From a bacterium (GTDB lineage: Bacteria; DRYD01), in the NCBI GenBank assembly GCA_030549815.1, contig JAUQQQ010000001.1:90873-154872 (forward strand): DNA of 64,000 nucleotides. The letters run 5' to 3'. Position numbers and translations under genes: made by a program. Shown here in pieces: positions 20,172-31,014 of this stretch (position 1 is the first letter of the stretch; the number at the start of each line of letters is the position of its first letter). The notes beneath the pieces were generated by a model, which worked only from the letters and a program-made list of their open reading frames with translations, made no database searches and was not told the DNA's origin.

Positions 20172-21380
20172 ATGGTTATGAGTAAAGTAAATAATGTTAA
20201 TAACGCTATTAATTCAACAAAAATTGGTGGAAATCTAAACGTTCAAACAGAGGTAAATTTTCCGAAAGATAAAATCTTGAATGCCCAACTTTTGGAAAGA
20301 AAACCAAACGGTGAAGCAATGATAAGAATAGGTAATCATAACGTCAAAGCTAAAATGCCAAATAATGTATATATCAGACCAGGTGATAGTTTTAGATTAC
20401 AAGTTATAGGGAAAGAAAATGATATATGGAATTTCAGGTTCATATCAATAAATCGCTCTTCTATATTCTACAAAATTTCCCCGGATATTGTTAATTCTCA
20501 TTTACTTAGTTTAAAATTGCCGGTCACTGACAATTCAGTGGAAATAGCAAAAGCTTTGTTTAAATATAATCTTCCTTTAAACGCAGAGAATTATAAATCA
20601 CTTTTGCCTTTTGCTTCCACGAATTCTAAAGTATTCTTAGAATCTGCAGCTTTTCTTAAATCAATGAACATACCTTTAAATAATTATAACGTCAAAATAA
20701 TCGCAGAATTCCTTAACAACAATCAATTTTTAGCCAATATACTCTACTCAATACATTCTTATTTAACTTTAAACCAAACCAATGCTAATCCCGTTGTTTT
20801 AGGTATAATTCAAACATTGGTATCCAACATACTAAAAGGACAAGATAAGAAAGACAGTGAAAGAATAAGAAACTTAAATGAAATAACATCAAAAAATTTA
20901 AAAGGATTGATATCCAGGATAGACAAGGCAGTATCAATGTTACAAGATAGCCCATTGAAAAATAATTTAGAAAAATTAGGATTTATTTTGAAAGGTATGG
21001 GAATAATAAACGGCAGTTTAAATGAGGAGAAAGTTTTCTTTAATATAGTTCCTGCTATTATAAACGGATATCCGACAACTGTAGAAATGAAAATATTTTA
21101 TTATGTTGATAAAGAGTTGAAGACAATAGAAAGGAATAGATTTAGTTTTGAGATAACGGTAAATGCTCCTAAAATTGGCCCTGTTACAATTTCTGCCTCT
21201 GTTGTTGAAAATAATGTATCGGCACATATAAAAAAATCTTTGTTACCAGAAGAAATATTTGTAAATAAAAAAGAAACATTAGAAAAGTTAGTAAAAGAAG
21301 CAGGATATAATTTAGGGAATCTAATAGTAAAATATGTTTATGATCCTTACATTGATGAAGGTGTCAATTTTATAACTTAA
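20172..21380 (+). CDS. Hypothetical protein (weak FliK/hook-length-control-like N-terminal motif)
   Basis: The segment GEAMIRIGNHNVKAKMPNNVYIRPGDSFRLQVIG resembles the G.V.A.....L..G..L.LQV pattern of FliK-like proteins. No flagellar neighbours. Confidence 0.3.
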   Translation: MVMSKVNNVNNAINSTKIGGNLNVQTEVNFPKDKILNAQLLERKPNGEAMIRIGNHNVKAKMPNNVYIRPGDSFRLQVIGKENDIWNFRFISINRSSIFYKISPDIVNSHLLSLKLPVTDNSVEIAKALFKYNLPLNAENYKSLLPFASTNSKVFLESAAFLKSMNIPLNNYNVKIIAEFLNNNQFLANILYSIHSYLTLNQTNANPVVLGIIQTLVSNILKGQDKKDSERIRNLNEITSKNLKGLISRIDKAVSMLQDSPLKNNLEKLGFILKGMGIINGSLNEEKVFFNIVPAIINGYPTTVEMKIFYYVDKELKTIERNRFSFEITVNAPKIGPVTISASVVENNVSAHIKKSLLPEEIFVNKKETLEKLVKEAGYNLGNLIVKYVYDPYIDEGVNFIT

Positions 21381-21592
21381 TATAGTTTTAGTAAACTACC
21401 AACTATCTGGAAGTAGATGATGGTATAGTCCTTGTTTTTAGAATCTCTTTTGACAGCGTTATATGTAGCTTTCTTTAGCTTTATCATCTGCCAGTTGTGC
21501 CTTATAATATCCTGATTTTTATTAATTGTAGATGATTCTGATTTAATTAAAAATAAGGAGGTTGAAATAAGAAAAAAGATAATAGTTATAAT

Positions 21593-23659
21593 ATGAGAAA
21601 ATATTTAATAATTTTGATTGCTTTGTTATTAATATTAACCTGTAAAACAGCTTTTTCCAAAAACTTACATAATCCTCATAGGTTAATAGCAAATGATACA
21701 AAACAAAGTGAAATAAAAAATGAAATATACCAAAATTCAAATAATCGAGAAAAAGAACAAACAAATAAAGAAATTTATGAAATAGCAGTAGAAAAAATTA
21801 TTATTAAGGGTAATAAAAATATACCAACAAGCACAATATTAGAAAACATCAACATAAAAGAAAATACAAAAATAAGCGTAGAAGAAATAAAAAATGCAAT
21901 CAATAGGATCTACGAAACTGGCTATTTTTCAGATATCGAAGTAAATTTTGAACCAGTAGATAAAGAAAAAGTCAATTTAGTTTTTTATCTTTTAGAAAAT
22001 CCTCAAGTTAAAACAATCCAATTCATCGGTAACAAAATACTTTCATCTCTCGATTTAATTGAAATAATAAACACAAGACCCGGTAAGGTTCTAAACTATA
22101 ATGTCATAAGAGAAGACATTATTTTAATCAACGAAGAATACAATAAATTAGGGTTTGTTGGTGTTAAAAATCACGTATCAGATTTACAAATAAAAGATGA
22201 TGGAACACTAATATTTTACATTCAAGAAGCATTCTACCCTAAAAAAATAAACATAATCGGCAATAAAGTGATAAAAACAGAAAAACTACAAAAATTAGTA
22301 GAAATTAAACCTAATGAACCATTAAAGAAAGAACAATTAGAAAACACTCTTAACAAGATATATGAATACTACCAAGAAGAAGGATATATGTTAGCAGATA
22401 TTAGATCAGACATAGATTATGAAAATAATATATTAAATATAGAAATCTTTGAGGCAATATTAGAAGATATAGAAGTTGAAGGAAATACAAAAACCAAAAA
22501 ATATGTTATTGAAAAAATGTTAGAATTAGAAAAAGGTAAAGTAATAAATTCATACAAGTTAAAGAGAGCACTTAGGAAAATGCAATTGGGAGGATACTTT
22601 AAAAATGTTGAGCCTGATTTTAGAGGAGGAAGTGAACCTGGTAAAGTCATACTCGTTATCAAAGTAGAAGAACAACAAACAGGACAATTAGTCCTGGGAG
22701 TCGGCTTCGGAGGACTACCTGGAAGCAATCGAGGAGGATTGGCAGGAAGTTTATCAGTGTCAGAAATAAACTACAAAGGCAAAGGACAACAAATATACAC
22801 AAGCTGGGAAAGAGGTACTTTAATAAATAGCATATCACTATCTTTTTCGGATCCTTATACTTTACCAAACAATAGATTTTATGGGTTTAATATACAATCT
22901 ACTGAATTGTTCCAACAAAGAGCCCTTGTTAATACAAATCCTCAAACTATTGCTTTATACAAAGATTATAGAAGAAACTATGGTTTCTTTTTTGGTAAAA
23001 GATTAATAGATAGAAACATGACTTACAACTTTAATCTTTCATTTTTAACTTTTAAAACATCTCCTACTCCAACACAGGAAAATCCTTACGTTTTACCATC
23101 AACAAAAGGTGATTATATTTCGTTAGGTACCTCTTTAACAAAAGATAACAGAGATGATGAATTTTATCCAACAAGAGGAGTATTATATACCTTATCAACA
23201 GACCATGCAATAAAAAACCAAGGAAATTTAAGTAGTTTTTCAAGAATTTCAGGAGAATACAGGAAATACTTCAATTTCAAAAAAGAAAGAGTATTGGCTA
23301 TAAGGGGATTTTTTGGTTTAGCAACAGATAAAACGCCTTTTGTATATCAATATACCTTGGGAGGATCAGATACATTGAGAGGATATGATTTCAATAGATT
23401 CATAGGAAATAAAGCATTCCTTATAAACTTAGAATATAGATTTCCAATAAGTAAGAAGTTAGAAAACTTCTATGGAGCAGCATTTATAGATTGGGGAGGA
23501 GCATTCTTACCAAACCAAAAAATAAGCTTAGATAAAATGGGATTTAATTACGGTGTTGGTATAAGATTCATACTACCTCAAATCGGTTCTATAAGATTAG
23601 ATTACGCTATATCCAATGAAAAATCAAAAATATCAGTCGGTATAGGACAAATGTTCTAA
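21593..23659 (+). CDS. bamA: Outer membrane protein assembly factor BamA/Omp85 family
   Basis: Signal peptide, then repeated POTRA-like modules (..IKNAINRIYETGYFSDIEVNFEP...) and a C-terminal beta-barrel ending in aromatic-rich strands (GIGQMF). Confidence 0.8.
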   Translation: MRKYLIILIALLLILTCKTAFSKNLHNPHRLIANDTKQSEIKNEIYQNSNNREKEQTNKEIYEIAVEKIIIKGNKNIPTSTILENINIKENTKISVEEIKNAINRIYETGYFSDIEVNFEPVDKEKVNLVFYLLENPQVKTIQFIGNKILSSLDLIEIINTRPGKVLNYNVIREDIILINEEYNKLGFVGVKNHVSDLQIKDDGTLIFYIQEAFYPKKINIIGNKVIKTEKLQKLVEIKPNEPLKKEQLENTLNKIYEYYQEEGYMLADIRSDIDYENNILNIEIFEAILEDIEVEGNTKTKKYVIEKMLELEKGKVINSYKLKRALRKMQLGGYFKNVEPDFRGGSEPGKVILVIKVEEQQTGQLVLGVGFGGLPGSNRGGLAGSLSVSEINYKGKGQQIYTSWERGTLINSISLSFSDPYTLPNNRFYGFNIQSTELFQQRALVNTNPQTIALYKDYRRNYGFFFGKRLIDRNMTYNFNLSFLTFKTSPTPTQENPYVLPSTKGDYISLGTSLTKDNRDDEFYPTRGVLYTLSTDHAIKNQGNLSSFSRISGEYRKYFNFKKERVLAIRGFFGLATDKTPFVYQYTLGGSDTLRGYDFNRFIGNKAFLINLEYRFPISKKLENFYGAAFIDWGGAFLPNQKISLDKMGFNYGVGIRFILPQIGSIRLDYAISNEKSKISVGIGQMF

Positions 23660-23671
23660 ATTAAGGTAATA

Positions 23672-24493
23672 ATGAATGTAAAAATTCTTCGCTTTAAAAT
23701 AGAACCTTACTTTTTTACAAAAAAGCTTATATCTTTTTTTATCCTCGAAGGCTCAAAAAATTTAGAAATAATAGAAATCAGTCCAAATTATGTAATCTTT
23801 CAATGTGAATTGTTTATAAGAGATACAAAAGAGATAATAGATAGATTCAAGAAAAATTTTCCGACCATAGAATTAGTATCAGAAAAAGAATTATCTATGG
23901 AAGAGTGGAAAAGATTAAGATTATCTAAGTTAGAAGTAGGTAAGTTCAAGTTTAAACCAATATTCGAAAAACAAGAAAATGAAGAACGTTTTATTTATTT
24001 GGATACTCTTTTTGGGGCATTCGGTATAGATAACCACCCAACAACAATCATTTGTTTAGAATTTATAGATAGAATAGAAAAAAATTACGAAACAGCTGTA
24101 GATTTCGGCGCTGGTAATGGTATCCTCTCTTTAGCTTTATCTATGATCAATATAAAAAAAATAATAGCAATAGATATATTCTTCAATTACTGCTTGGAAA
24201 TAAGGCAAAATTGTAAAATAAACAAAATAAGTAATATTTTTATACTCAATGGTAATTCGATGAAAATCGTAAAGGAGGTCGACCTTTTAGTTTCAAACGT
24301 CCCTTTATCTGCCTTTAAAGATAAAAATAATAGCATACTACAAAGCAAATTCAAAGAATGTATTCTTTCTGGCGTAAAAATAGAAAATAAAGATGAATTT
24401 TTAGAGATTATAAAAACTAACCAAATAGAAATAAAAGAATTTGCAGAAAAAGAAGGGTGGTTAGGAATAAAGGGAGTAAAAACTTTGTCATAG
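23672..24493 (+). CDS. prmA: Ribosomal protein L11 methyltransferase
   Basis: HPTTIICLEFID aligns with the PrmA HPTT.LCLE motif. DFGAGNGILSLA is SAM-binding motif I. Confidence 0.75.
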   Translation: MNVKILRFKIEPYFFTKKLISFFILEGSKNLEIIEISPNYVIFQCELFIRDTKEIIDRFKKNFPTIELVSEKELSMEEWKRLRLSKLEVGKFKFKPIFEKQENEERFIYLDTLFGAFGIDNHPTTIICLEFIDRIEKNYETAVDFGAGNGILSLALSMINIKKIIAIDIFFNYCLEIRQNCKINKISNIFILNGNSMKIVKEVDLLVSNVPLSAFKDKNNSILQSKFKECILSGVKIENKDEFLEIIKTNQIEIKEFAEKEGWLGIKGVKTLS

Positions 24494-24560
24494 TTAGTAA
24501 AAAATTAAACAAAGATAGTTTAAACAGGTTAAACTTTGATTTTGTAGTAATTTATATATT

Positions 24561-25835
24561 ATGGTAGAAAGGCCAAAAGGAACAAACGATTACATCCACC
24601 CAGAAAGTAGTTTAAGAAAAATAATCGTAGAAAAAATATCCAACTTTTTTGAAATCTTAGGTTACAAACCTATAGAAACTCCCATTTTTGAAAGTGTAGA
24701 TCTTTTCAAGAGATCGGCTGGGGTGGTTAGTGATATCGTTAGTAAAGAAATGTATGAATTCCAGGATAAGAAGGGAAGACATTTAGCATTAAGGCCTGAA
24801 ATAACAGCACCAGTTGTAAGAGCAATCATCCAAAACAATTTGCTCCAACAACAAATTATAAAACTCTATTATGTAGGAAGTATATTCAGGTATGAGAAAC
24901 CTCAAAAGGATAGATACAGACAAGCCACGCAATTTGGAGTAGAATATCTCGGAATAGAAAATTATATTGCAGATTTTGAGCTTATTTTCTCAATCTATAA
25001 ACTATACCAGTCATTCAATTTAGATGTAGAAATTCATGTAAACAGCATAGGTTGTAAGGATTGCCGTCCTCAATACAGACAAAAACTTTATGAATACTTT
25101 TCCAAGCACAAAGAAAATTTATGTAATGACTGCCAGAGGAGATTAGAAGAAAATCCATTAAGAATCTTAGATTGCAAAAACCCTAATTGTAAACTAATCT
25201 CAAAAGAAGCACCAAAATCTATAGAATACCTTTGTCAAAATTGTGATAAACACCACAAAGAATTAACTAATATTTTGAAATTTTATAATGTACCACTAAT
25301 AGAAAACCATTATTTAGTTAGAGGCTTGGATTATTATAATAGGACAGTTTTTGAAGTTAAATTTGAAGGTGTTGATTTAGCAGGTGGGGGTAGATACGAT
25401 TACTTGGTTAATCAGATAAGTGAAGGTAAATACGATATGCCAGCTATAGGATTTGCAGGTGGCCTTGAAAGATTAACCAATATACTAAAAGAAAAACAAA
25501 ACATCAACAAATTTTTAGGTGAAAACATCAAGATTAACCTGGTTTCCCTAACAAATGAAGCAGATAAAATAATAACAGGTATATATACAAGAATAATTAA
25601 TAAAATAGCTGGCAAGAAAAATTCAATAGAAGTAAACTTGATGAAATTTGAAAAATTGTCAAAAGCTCTGAAAATTGCCGATAAAATGAAAGCAAATTAT
25701 ACCTTGTTTATGGGAGAAGAAGAAATAAAAGAAGATGAAATAACGATAAAAAATATGGAAACAGGAAAACAAGAAAAAATAAAAGTAGAAAACTTCATGA
25801 TAAAATTTTTCGAAGAAATAATTAATATTGAATAA
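24561..25835 (+). CDS. hisS: Histidine--tRNA ligase
   Basis: Class II motifs LRPEITAPVVR and GGGRYD are present, with an HisRS-type anticodon-binding C-terminus. An unusual 8-Cys insertion is also present. Confidence 0.85.
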   Translation: MVERPKGTNDYIHPESSLRKIIVEKISNFFEILGYKPIETPIFESVDLFKRSAGVVSDIVSKEMYEFQDKKGRHLALRPEITAPVVRAIIQNNLLQQQIIKLYYVGSIFRYEKPQKDRYRQATQFGVEYLGIENYIADFELIFSIYKLYQSFNLDVEIHVNSIGCKDCRPQYRQKLYEYFSKHKENLCNDCQRRLEENPLRILDCKNPNCKLISKEAPKSIEYLCQNCDKHHKELTNILKFYNVPLIENHYLVRGLDYYNRTVFEVKFEGVDLAGGGRYDYLVNQISEGKYDMPAIGFAGGLERLTNILKEKQNINKFLGENIKINLVSLTNEADKIITGIYTRIINKIAGKKNSIEVNLMKFEKLSKALKIADKMKANYTLFMGEEEIKEDEITIKNMETGKQEKIKVENFMIKFFEEIINIE

Positions 25836-26130
25836 TTATCTTTAACATATGGAAAAATTCTTTTTAATATATTAATATTTAGAAATAACAAATCTTCAAC
25901 CTACTTCCACTAGATTTAAACTCTTTCTGAACCCCAAAAAATTATTTTTAAATGAAAATCTTCAAAATCTTTTCAGAATATTCAGAGCATTCATATTTTC
26001 TTCTATCTTTACTTGAACAAGGATAGACCTTCCAAAATCGGATCCTAAAAATTTTTTAAAGTAAGAATTTCTACTACAAGAAAAATTTAACGAGAATTTA
26101 AGGAGAATTTAGGAAAAATTTAAGAAAAAT

Positions 26131-27723
26131 CTATTTGTTTCTGTATATAACGACTCGCCTGTAAGGTTCCTCTCCTTCACTTTTCGAAAACAATCCATAT
26201 TTTTCCACTAACTCATGTTGTATTTTTCTTATCTCCTGGCTTTGAGGTTCTAACTCTATTTTTTCCAAATTTTGCTCATACATAATCTTAATCTTTTCTT
26301 CAATTTCTTGGACTATTTGGTTTATATCATAATTACTTCCTTCAAAATATCTATCCAATATCTTTGATATTTGAGCAAAAGTATTACTTCTAACTATCAT
26401 TATATTTTTAAGCAATTGTTGAAGTGAAGGATTTTTATGAATTCTTTTCTCTATTTCTTGCTTTTTAGATTTAAGAGTAATGATAAAATCTGCCTGATGG
26501 AGGTCAAAGACTATATCTATGGGTAAATCGAGATCTGAAATTGCCCGTTGTAATCTATCAACACTTATGGCAAAAGGATATATCTTATATCTTTTCTCTT
26601 CAAGTTTCTCAAATTTTTCTTCCTTTTCAACTTTTTCTTTTCTATCATTTTTTAAATCAATCGTTATTTTTTTTTCAAAAGATTCTTTTCGTTCTTCCTT
26701 ACCATACATATATTCTTTTTGTATAACTTTATACCCATTGTTTTCCCTAACCCTTATTTCAGGTTTAATAGGGTATCCTTTAAGTATAAGATCTACAGCC
26801 AATGCAACATTGGAATATATAGCAAACATGTCTCTATCAACTATTTCTACAAGGATATCAAACGTTGGAGGATTTTTTCTTTCCAATACTGTTTTTTGAG
26901 TTCCTCTTCTTCTTGCTTCTTCGTCACTTAAAATAACGGCCTGGATACCTCCAACTAAATCAGAAAGAGTTGGATTAAGAATAAGATTTTCCAAGTTCCT
27001 ACCATGTGCAGTAGCTATCAACTGTACTCCTCTTTCGGCGATAGTTCTTGCTGCATAGGCTTCCTCCTGTGTTCCCATTTCATCTATTATTATCACTTCT
27101 GGCATATGGTTTTCCACAGCTTCTATCATTACTTTATGCTGAAGTTCGGGTGTAGTAACCTGCATCCTCCTTGCTCTACCTATAGCAGGATGTGGTATGT
27201 CTCCATCCCCACCAATCTCATTAGATGTATCAACAATAACAACTCTTTTTTTCAATTCATCATTTATTATTCTTGCTGTTTCTCTAAGGATAGTAGTTTT
27301 ACCAACTCCGGGTTTTCCAAGTAAAAGTAAGCTTTTACCTGTTTTTATGTAATCAAGGATTACATCTGCAGCACCATAAACTGCCCTACCAACTCTACAT
27401 GTTAGTCCAACAATAACTCCATTTCGATTTCTTATGGCAGATATCCTATGTAAAGTTCTGGGAATACCCGCCCTATTATCTTTTCCAAACTCCCCTATCC
27501 TCTTGACAACATACTCTATATCGTCATACATTATTTCTCTTGAAGAGATTATTTCAAAATCGTCTGGAAATCTAATTTCAGGAGTCCTTCCCACATCCAT
27601 TACTATTTCTATGATTTCTGAAATTCTTGGATGCTTCTCTATTTTTGATGAGATGAATGGGGGCAAAACTTGCACCATCAGCAATATTTCTTCAATGTTT
27701 TTATTTTCCATCTTATTTTCCAT
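26131..27723 (-). CDS. R3H domain-containing P-loop ATPase (Ycf45/SpoIIIAA-like)
   Basis: Walker A GKPGVGKTT and Walker B VVIVDTSNEIGGDGD. The C-terminal R3H-like nucleic-acid-binding module is ...YRRVVIYRNK. Confidence 0.7.
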   Translation of the reverse strand: MENKMENKNIEEILLMVQVLPPFISSKIEKHPRISEIIEIVMDVGRTPEIRFPDDFEIISSREIMYDDIEYVVKRIGEFGKDNRAGIPRTLHRISAIRNRNGVIVGLTCRVGRAVYGAADVILDYIKTGKSLLLLGKPGVGKTTILRETARIINDELKKRVVIVDTSNEIGGDGDIPHPAIGRARRMQVTTPELQHKVMIEAVENHMPEVIIIDEMGTQEEAYAARTIAERGVQLIATAHGRNLENLILNPTLSDLVGGIQAVILSDEEARRRGTQKTVLERKNPPTFDILVEIVDRDMFAIYSNVALAVDLILKGYPIKPEIRVRENNGYKVIQKEYMYGKEERKESFEKKITIDLKNDRKEKVEKEEKFEKLEEKRYKIYPFAISVDRLQRAISDLDLPIDIVFDLHQADFIITLKSKKQEIEKRIHKNPSLQQLLKNIMIVRSNTFAQISKILDRYFEGSNYDINQIVQEIEEKIKIMYEQNLEKIELEPQSQEIRKIQHELVEKYGLFSKSEGEEPYRRVVIYRNK

Positions 27724-27727
27724 ACTT

Positions 27728-28975
27728 TTACTCCATCCTTATTAATACTTTATTTATTCTATTTTTCTTTATTTCAAGTATTTTTAAAACTATATTATCA
27801 ATATTAATAATTTCGCCTTCCTGAGGTATCCTTCCTAATTTTGTGTATATAAGCCCTGATAATGTAGTATATTCTCTTTCATCTTTATCAGGGAATTCAA
27901 ATCCCAAAAATTCTTCCAAAGTATAAATATCTATCTTAGGATTAACAATATACTCAAAATCAGAAATTTTTTGAATATTTTCTTCTTCTATTTCCTTATC
28001 ATGTTCATCATGAATTTTACCCAATAATTCCTGTATTAGATCAGTAATAGTAACTATTCCGCTTGTTCCGCCATATTCATCAACAACAATAGCAATAGAA
28101 GATCTATTTTGTTTCATTATTTCCAATAATTCATATACATTTTTTGATTCAGGTACAATCAAAGGAATTCTGGCAATATCTTTTAGCCTTATATATCCTT
28201 GGTTAGTCAATACGTATTTAAGAATATCCTTAAGGAAGACAACTCCAATAATATTATCAATGCTTTCTTCATAAACAGGATATTTAGAATATCCATATTT
28301 CATAACCACACTGCTTATCTCAGAAATTGTCTTATTAGATTCAAGAGCGACAATATCAACCCTTGGAACCATTATTTCTCTTACCAAAGTATCATCAATA
28401 GATAGGAATTTTTCGATTATCTCCATTCTATAGTCATCCCAATTAAAATCATCTAAGAAAACAATCGCCTCAGCAAAGTATTTCTTACTTAAATCTATAT
28501 CTTGTTCAAAAATTCTCAAAATGAGATTAACAAAATTTCCTAAAATTTTTGATAATGGGATAAGAAAAGAAAAGATTTTCATAAATCCGAACACCACGTC
28601 CAAAAATCTTAAAAACCTATTAATACGAATAAACAAAATATCCTTAACAACAGTATCGATAAAAACCCAAGCAGCCAAATAACCGAATATTAATAAAAAA
28701 GCAACTACAATTTTATTACTAAAAAAATACAATGAAGAAGAAAAAAACACTAATAAGAATAAAATAAATAATAGTAGAACAACATAAATATATTCTTGTC
28801 TCTTTTGAAGAAAAATGTTTACTGTTTCGGTATCATCAACTAAATGAGAATAACTTTTCAATATATACGGAGAGCAGAAGACAAAGTAATAGTATATAGT
28901 TCTAAAAAGCAAAGACAGAATGCCTATTATTACTGTAAAAATGATTATTATACTCTGGTTTTCTATTTCACCCAT
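27728..28975 (-). CDS. CNNM/DUF21-CBS-CorC_HlyC family membrane protein (hemolysin-like family)
   Basis: N-terminal TM DUF21 region, CBS pair and C-terminal transporter-associated domain (...LEEFLGFEFPD...TLSGLIY). Confidence 0.8.
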   Translation of the reverse strand: MGEIENQSIIIIFTVIIGILSLLFRTIYYYFVFCSPYILKSYSHLVDDTETVNIFLQKRQEYIYVVLLLFILFLLVFFSSSLYFFSNKIVVAFLLIFGYLAAWVFIDTVVKDILFIRINRFLRFLDVVFGFMKIFSFLIPLSKILGNFVNLILRIFEQDIDLSKKYFAEAIVFLDDFNWDDYRMEIIEKFLSIDDTLVREIMVPRVDIVALESNKTISEISSVVMKYGYSKYPVYEESIDNIIGVVFLKDILKYVLTNQGYIRLKDIARIPLIVPESKNVYELLEIMKQNRSSIAIVVDEYGGTSGIVTITDLIQELLGKIHDEHDKEIEEENIQKISDFEYIVNPKIDIYTLEEFLGFEFPDKDEREYTTLSGLIYTKLGRIPQEGEIINIDNIVLKILEIKKNRINKVLIRME

Positions 28976-30262
28976 TTATTTTGTATAAATTTTAATATAC
29001 TTTACTGCATTTCCTTTTACTTCCAATATCTTTATTTTATACCCCTTATATGTTATAATTTCATCCTTTTTAGGTTTTTTCCCTTTCATAATATCATATA
29101 TAAAAGAAGAAATCAATGAATTTTTTTGATCAAAAACATCTCTTATTTCTTCAGGTAATTCATATACATAAGCATCAGTAGAAATGACGTATCCGTCTTT
29201 AACTTTCATTATTTTTGTCTTATCAAGGTCAAATTCATCAAGTATTGTCCCAGTTACTTTACCAAGTATATCATCAAAAGTAATCACTCCTTTATTTCCA
29301 CCAAACTCATCAACCACAACAGCCATTAAAACATGTTCTTTTTTCATTTGATTCAAAGCAGAAAATAAATCCGAATTCTCAGGAATAAAAAGAACCTTTC
29401 TGTTAATTAAACTTATGATTTCTCCAACTGTAAAAACTTTCTTTCTTATTGCTAAAAAAACATCCTTAATATGTAATATTCCAACAACATTATCCACATT
29501 GTCTTTATAAACAGGATACCTACTGTGTAAAGTATTAACAACAACATCGATAACATTTTCAATCCTGTCGTTATAATTAAGAAATATCACATCAGTTCGA
29601 TGGACCATAACATCTTTAACTTTATAATTACCAAGTTCAAGTACTGAATTAACAAAATTGTATAAATTTTCATTCATCTGTCCCGAATCTTTAATTCCCT
29701 TGATAATATCCTTTATTTCATCAATCGTATACTTTATTTCTTTATGCTCAGACGTATCAACCCCAAAAAGAAGAGCAACTTTATTTTGAACAACTTTAAC
29801 AACAAATGTTATAGGCAAAAACAGAAAACTAAAAAATTCAAGCATTAAAGAAGAAAATATTATTACTCTTTCGGAGTTATAAACACCGATCAATTTTGGC
29901 ACCTGCTCACCCAATATTAAATGTAAAAAAGTTATTAAAATAAACGCAAAAACAATAGCTAAAAAATGAGAAGAAAAGAATGCAATACTTTCTACTTTTA
30001 AGATATTAATAAAAATTTTTTCAAGGACATCGGCAAAAGTAGGCTCAGCCAACCAACCTAATATTAAACTAGCTAAAGTAATACCCACTTGACAAGTTGC
30101 TAAATAGTGGTCCATTTTTAAATACTGATTATACGGCAACGAAAACCTAATTTTTTTTAGCTTCAAAGGATTTGAAGAAACAAGTGCAAATTCAGTTAAA
30201 ACAAAAAAACCATTCAAAAATATCAATAAAAACGTAAAAACTAAATTTTTAAAAAACTCCAT
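28976..30262 (-). CDS. CNNM/DUF21-CBS-CorC_HlyC family membrane protein (paralog)
   Basis: Same architecture as the adjacent gene, with a start/stop junction. Confidence 0.8.
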   Translation of the reverse strand: MEFFKNLVFTFLLIFLNGFFVLTEFALVSSNPLKLKKIRFSLPYNQYLKMDHYLATCQVGITLASLILGWLAEPTFADVLEKIFINILKVESIAFFSSHFLAIVFAFILITFLHLILGEQVPKLIGVYNSERVIIFSSLMLEFFSFLFLPITFVVKVVQNKVALLFGVDTSEHKEIKYTIDEIKDIIKGIKDSGQMNENLYNFVNSVLELGNYKVKDVMVHRTDVIFLNYNDRIENVIDVVVNTLHSRYPVYKDNVDNVVGILHIKDVFLAIRKKVFTVGEIISLINRKVLFIPENSDLFSALNQMKKEHVLMAVVVDEFGGNKGVITFDDILGKVTGTILDEFDLDKTKIMKVKDGYVISTDAYVYELPEEIRDVFDQKNSLISSFIYDIMKGKKPKKDEIITYKGYKIKILEVKGNAVKYIKIYTK

Positions 30263-31012
30263 TTACCCTCCAAACAATCTAATTAAATTAATCAACACAT
30301 AAGTAATAATAATCCCGAATATAGCACCATTAATAATCTCTTGCAAAGTATGGATTTTTGCTTCTAATCTACTTTGAGCAACAAGAAGTGCCAAAACCAA
30401 AGACATAAAGATAGAAACGTAGTCATTCCAATTATGAATAGCTATAAACGTAAAAGTAGAGAAAGCTAAAGCAGAATGAACACTTATTATCCCACCCTGG
30501 ATATTATCTCCCCTACCCTTAATCCTCATATATAATATCTTAACAAACATCGAAGAAAGTAAAACAAAGACAAAAACGAATAAATATACATATTCAGGTA
30601 AAGCAGAAATCTTCTGGATCAACAACGGAGTATTAGAAGAAATTTTCTTAGAAAATATAATAATACCAACAATTACAGAAAGGACAGCAGAAATAAGGAC
30701 AGCAGCAGCAGATATGTCCTTCACCATCTTTATTCTTTCATCTTTATTACTTTCAACCTTATCAGACAATATCTCAATTGAAGTATTAAACAACTCAGTT
30801 ATAAAAACAAGAGCAACAACGATTAATATAATAACTAATTCCCAAGTAGTTAAACTTAAAAAAAATGTAGATAAAATAACGAATAAAGCAAAAATCAGAT
30901 GTATCCTCAAGTTTCTTTCTTGATAAAAAGCTTCAAACAAACCATTAACAGCATTAGAAAAACTTTCTAATAAACTTGAACTAAGTTTATTTCTTCTAAA
31001 TTTATCCGACAT
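30263..31012 (-). CDS. dgkA: Diacylglycerol kinase (DgkA) fused to PAP2-type phosphatase domain
   Basis: DgkA motifs TELFNTSIE and KDISAAAVL. The PAP2 C-terminus has SVHSALAFS (PSGHS-like) and SRLEAKIHTLQEIINGAIFG (SR..G.H...D..G). Confidence 0.75.
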   Translation of the reverse strand: MSDKFRRNKLSSSLLESFSNAVNGLFEAFYQERNLRIHLIFALFVILSTFFLSLTTWELVIILIVVALVFITELFNTSIEILSDKVESNKDERIKMVKDISAAAVLISAVLSVIVGIIIFSKKISSNTPLLIQKISALPEYVYLFVFVFVLLSSMFVKILYMRIKGRGDNIQGGIISVHSALAFSTFTFIAIHNWNDYVSIFMSLVLALLVAQSRLEAKIHTLQEIINGAIFGIIITYVLINLIRLFGG

Positions 31013-31014
31013 AT

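Noticed and set aside
21381-21592. GC-richer intergenic stretch considered as an ncRNA/tRNA
   Set aside because: No cloverleaf or conserved ncRNA structure could be recognised. It is probably the bamA promoter/leader.
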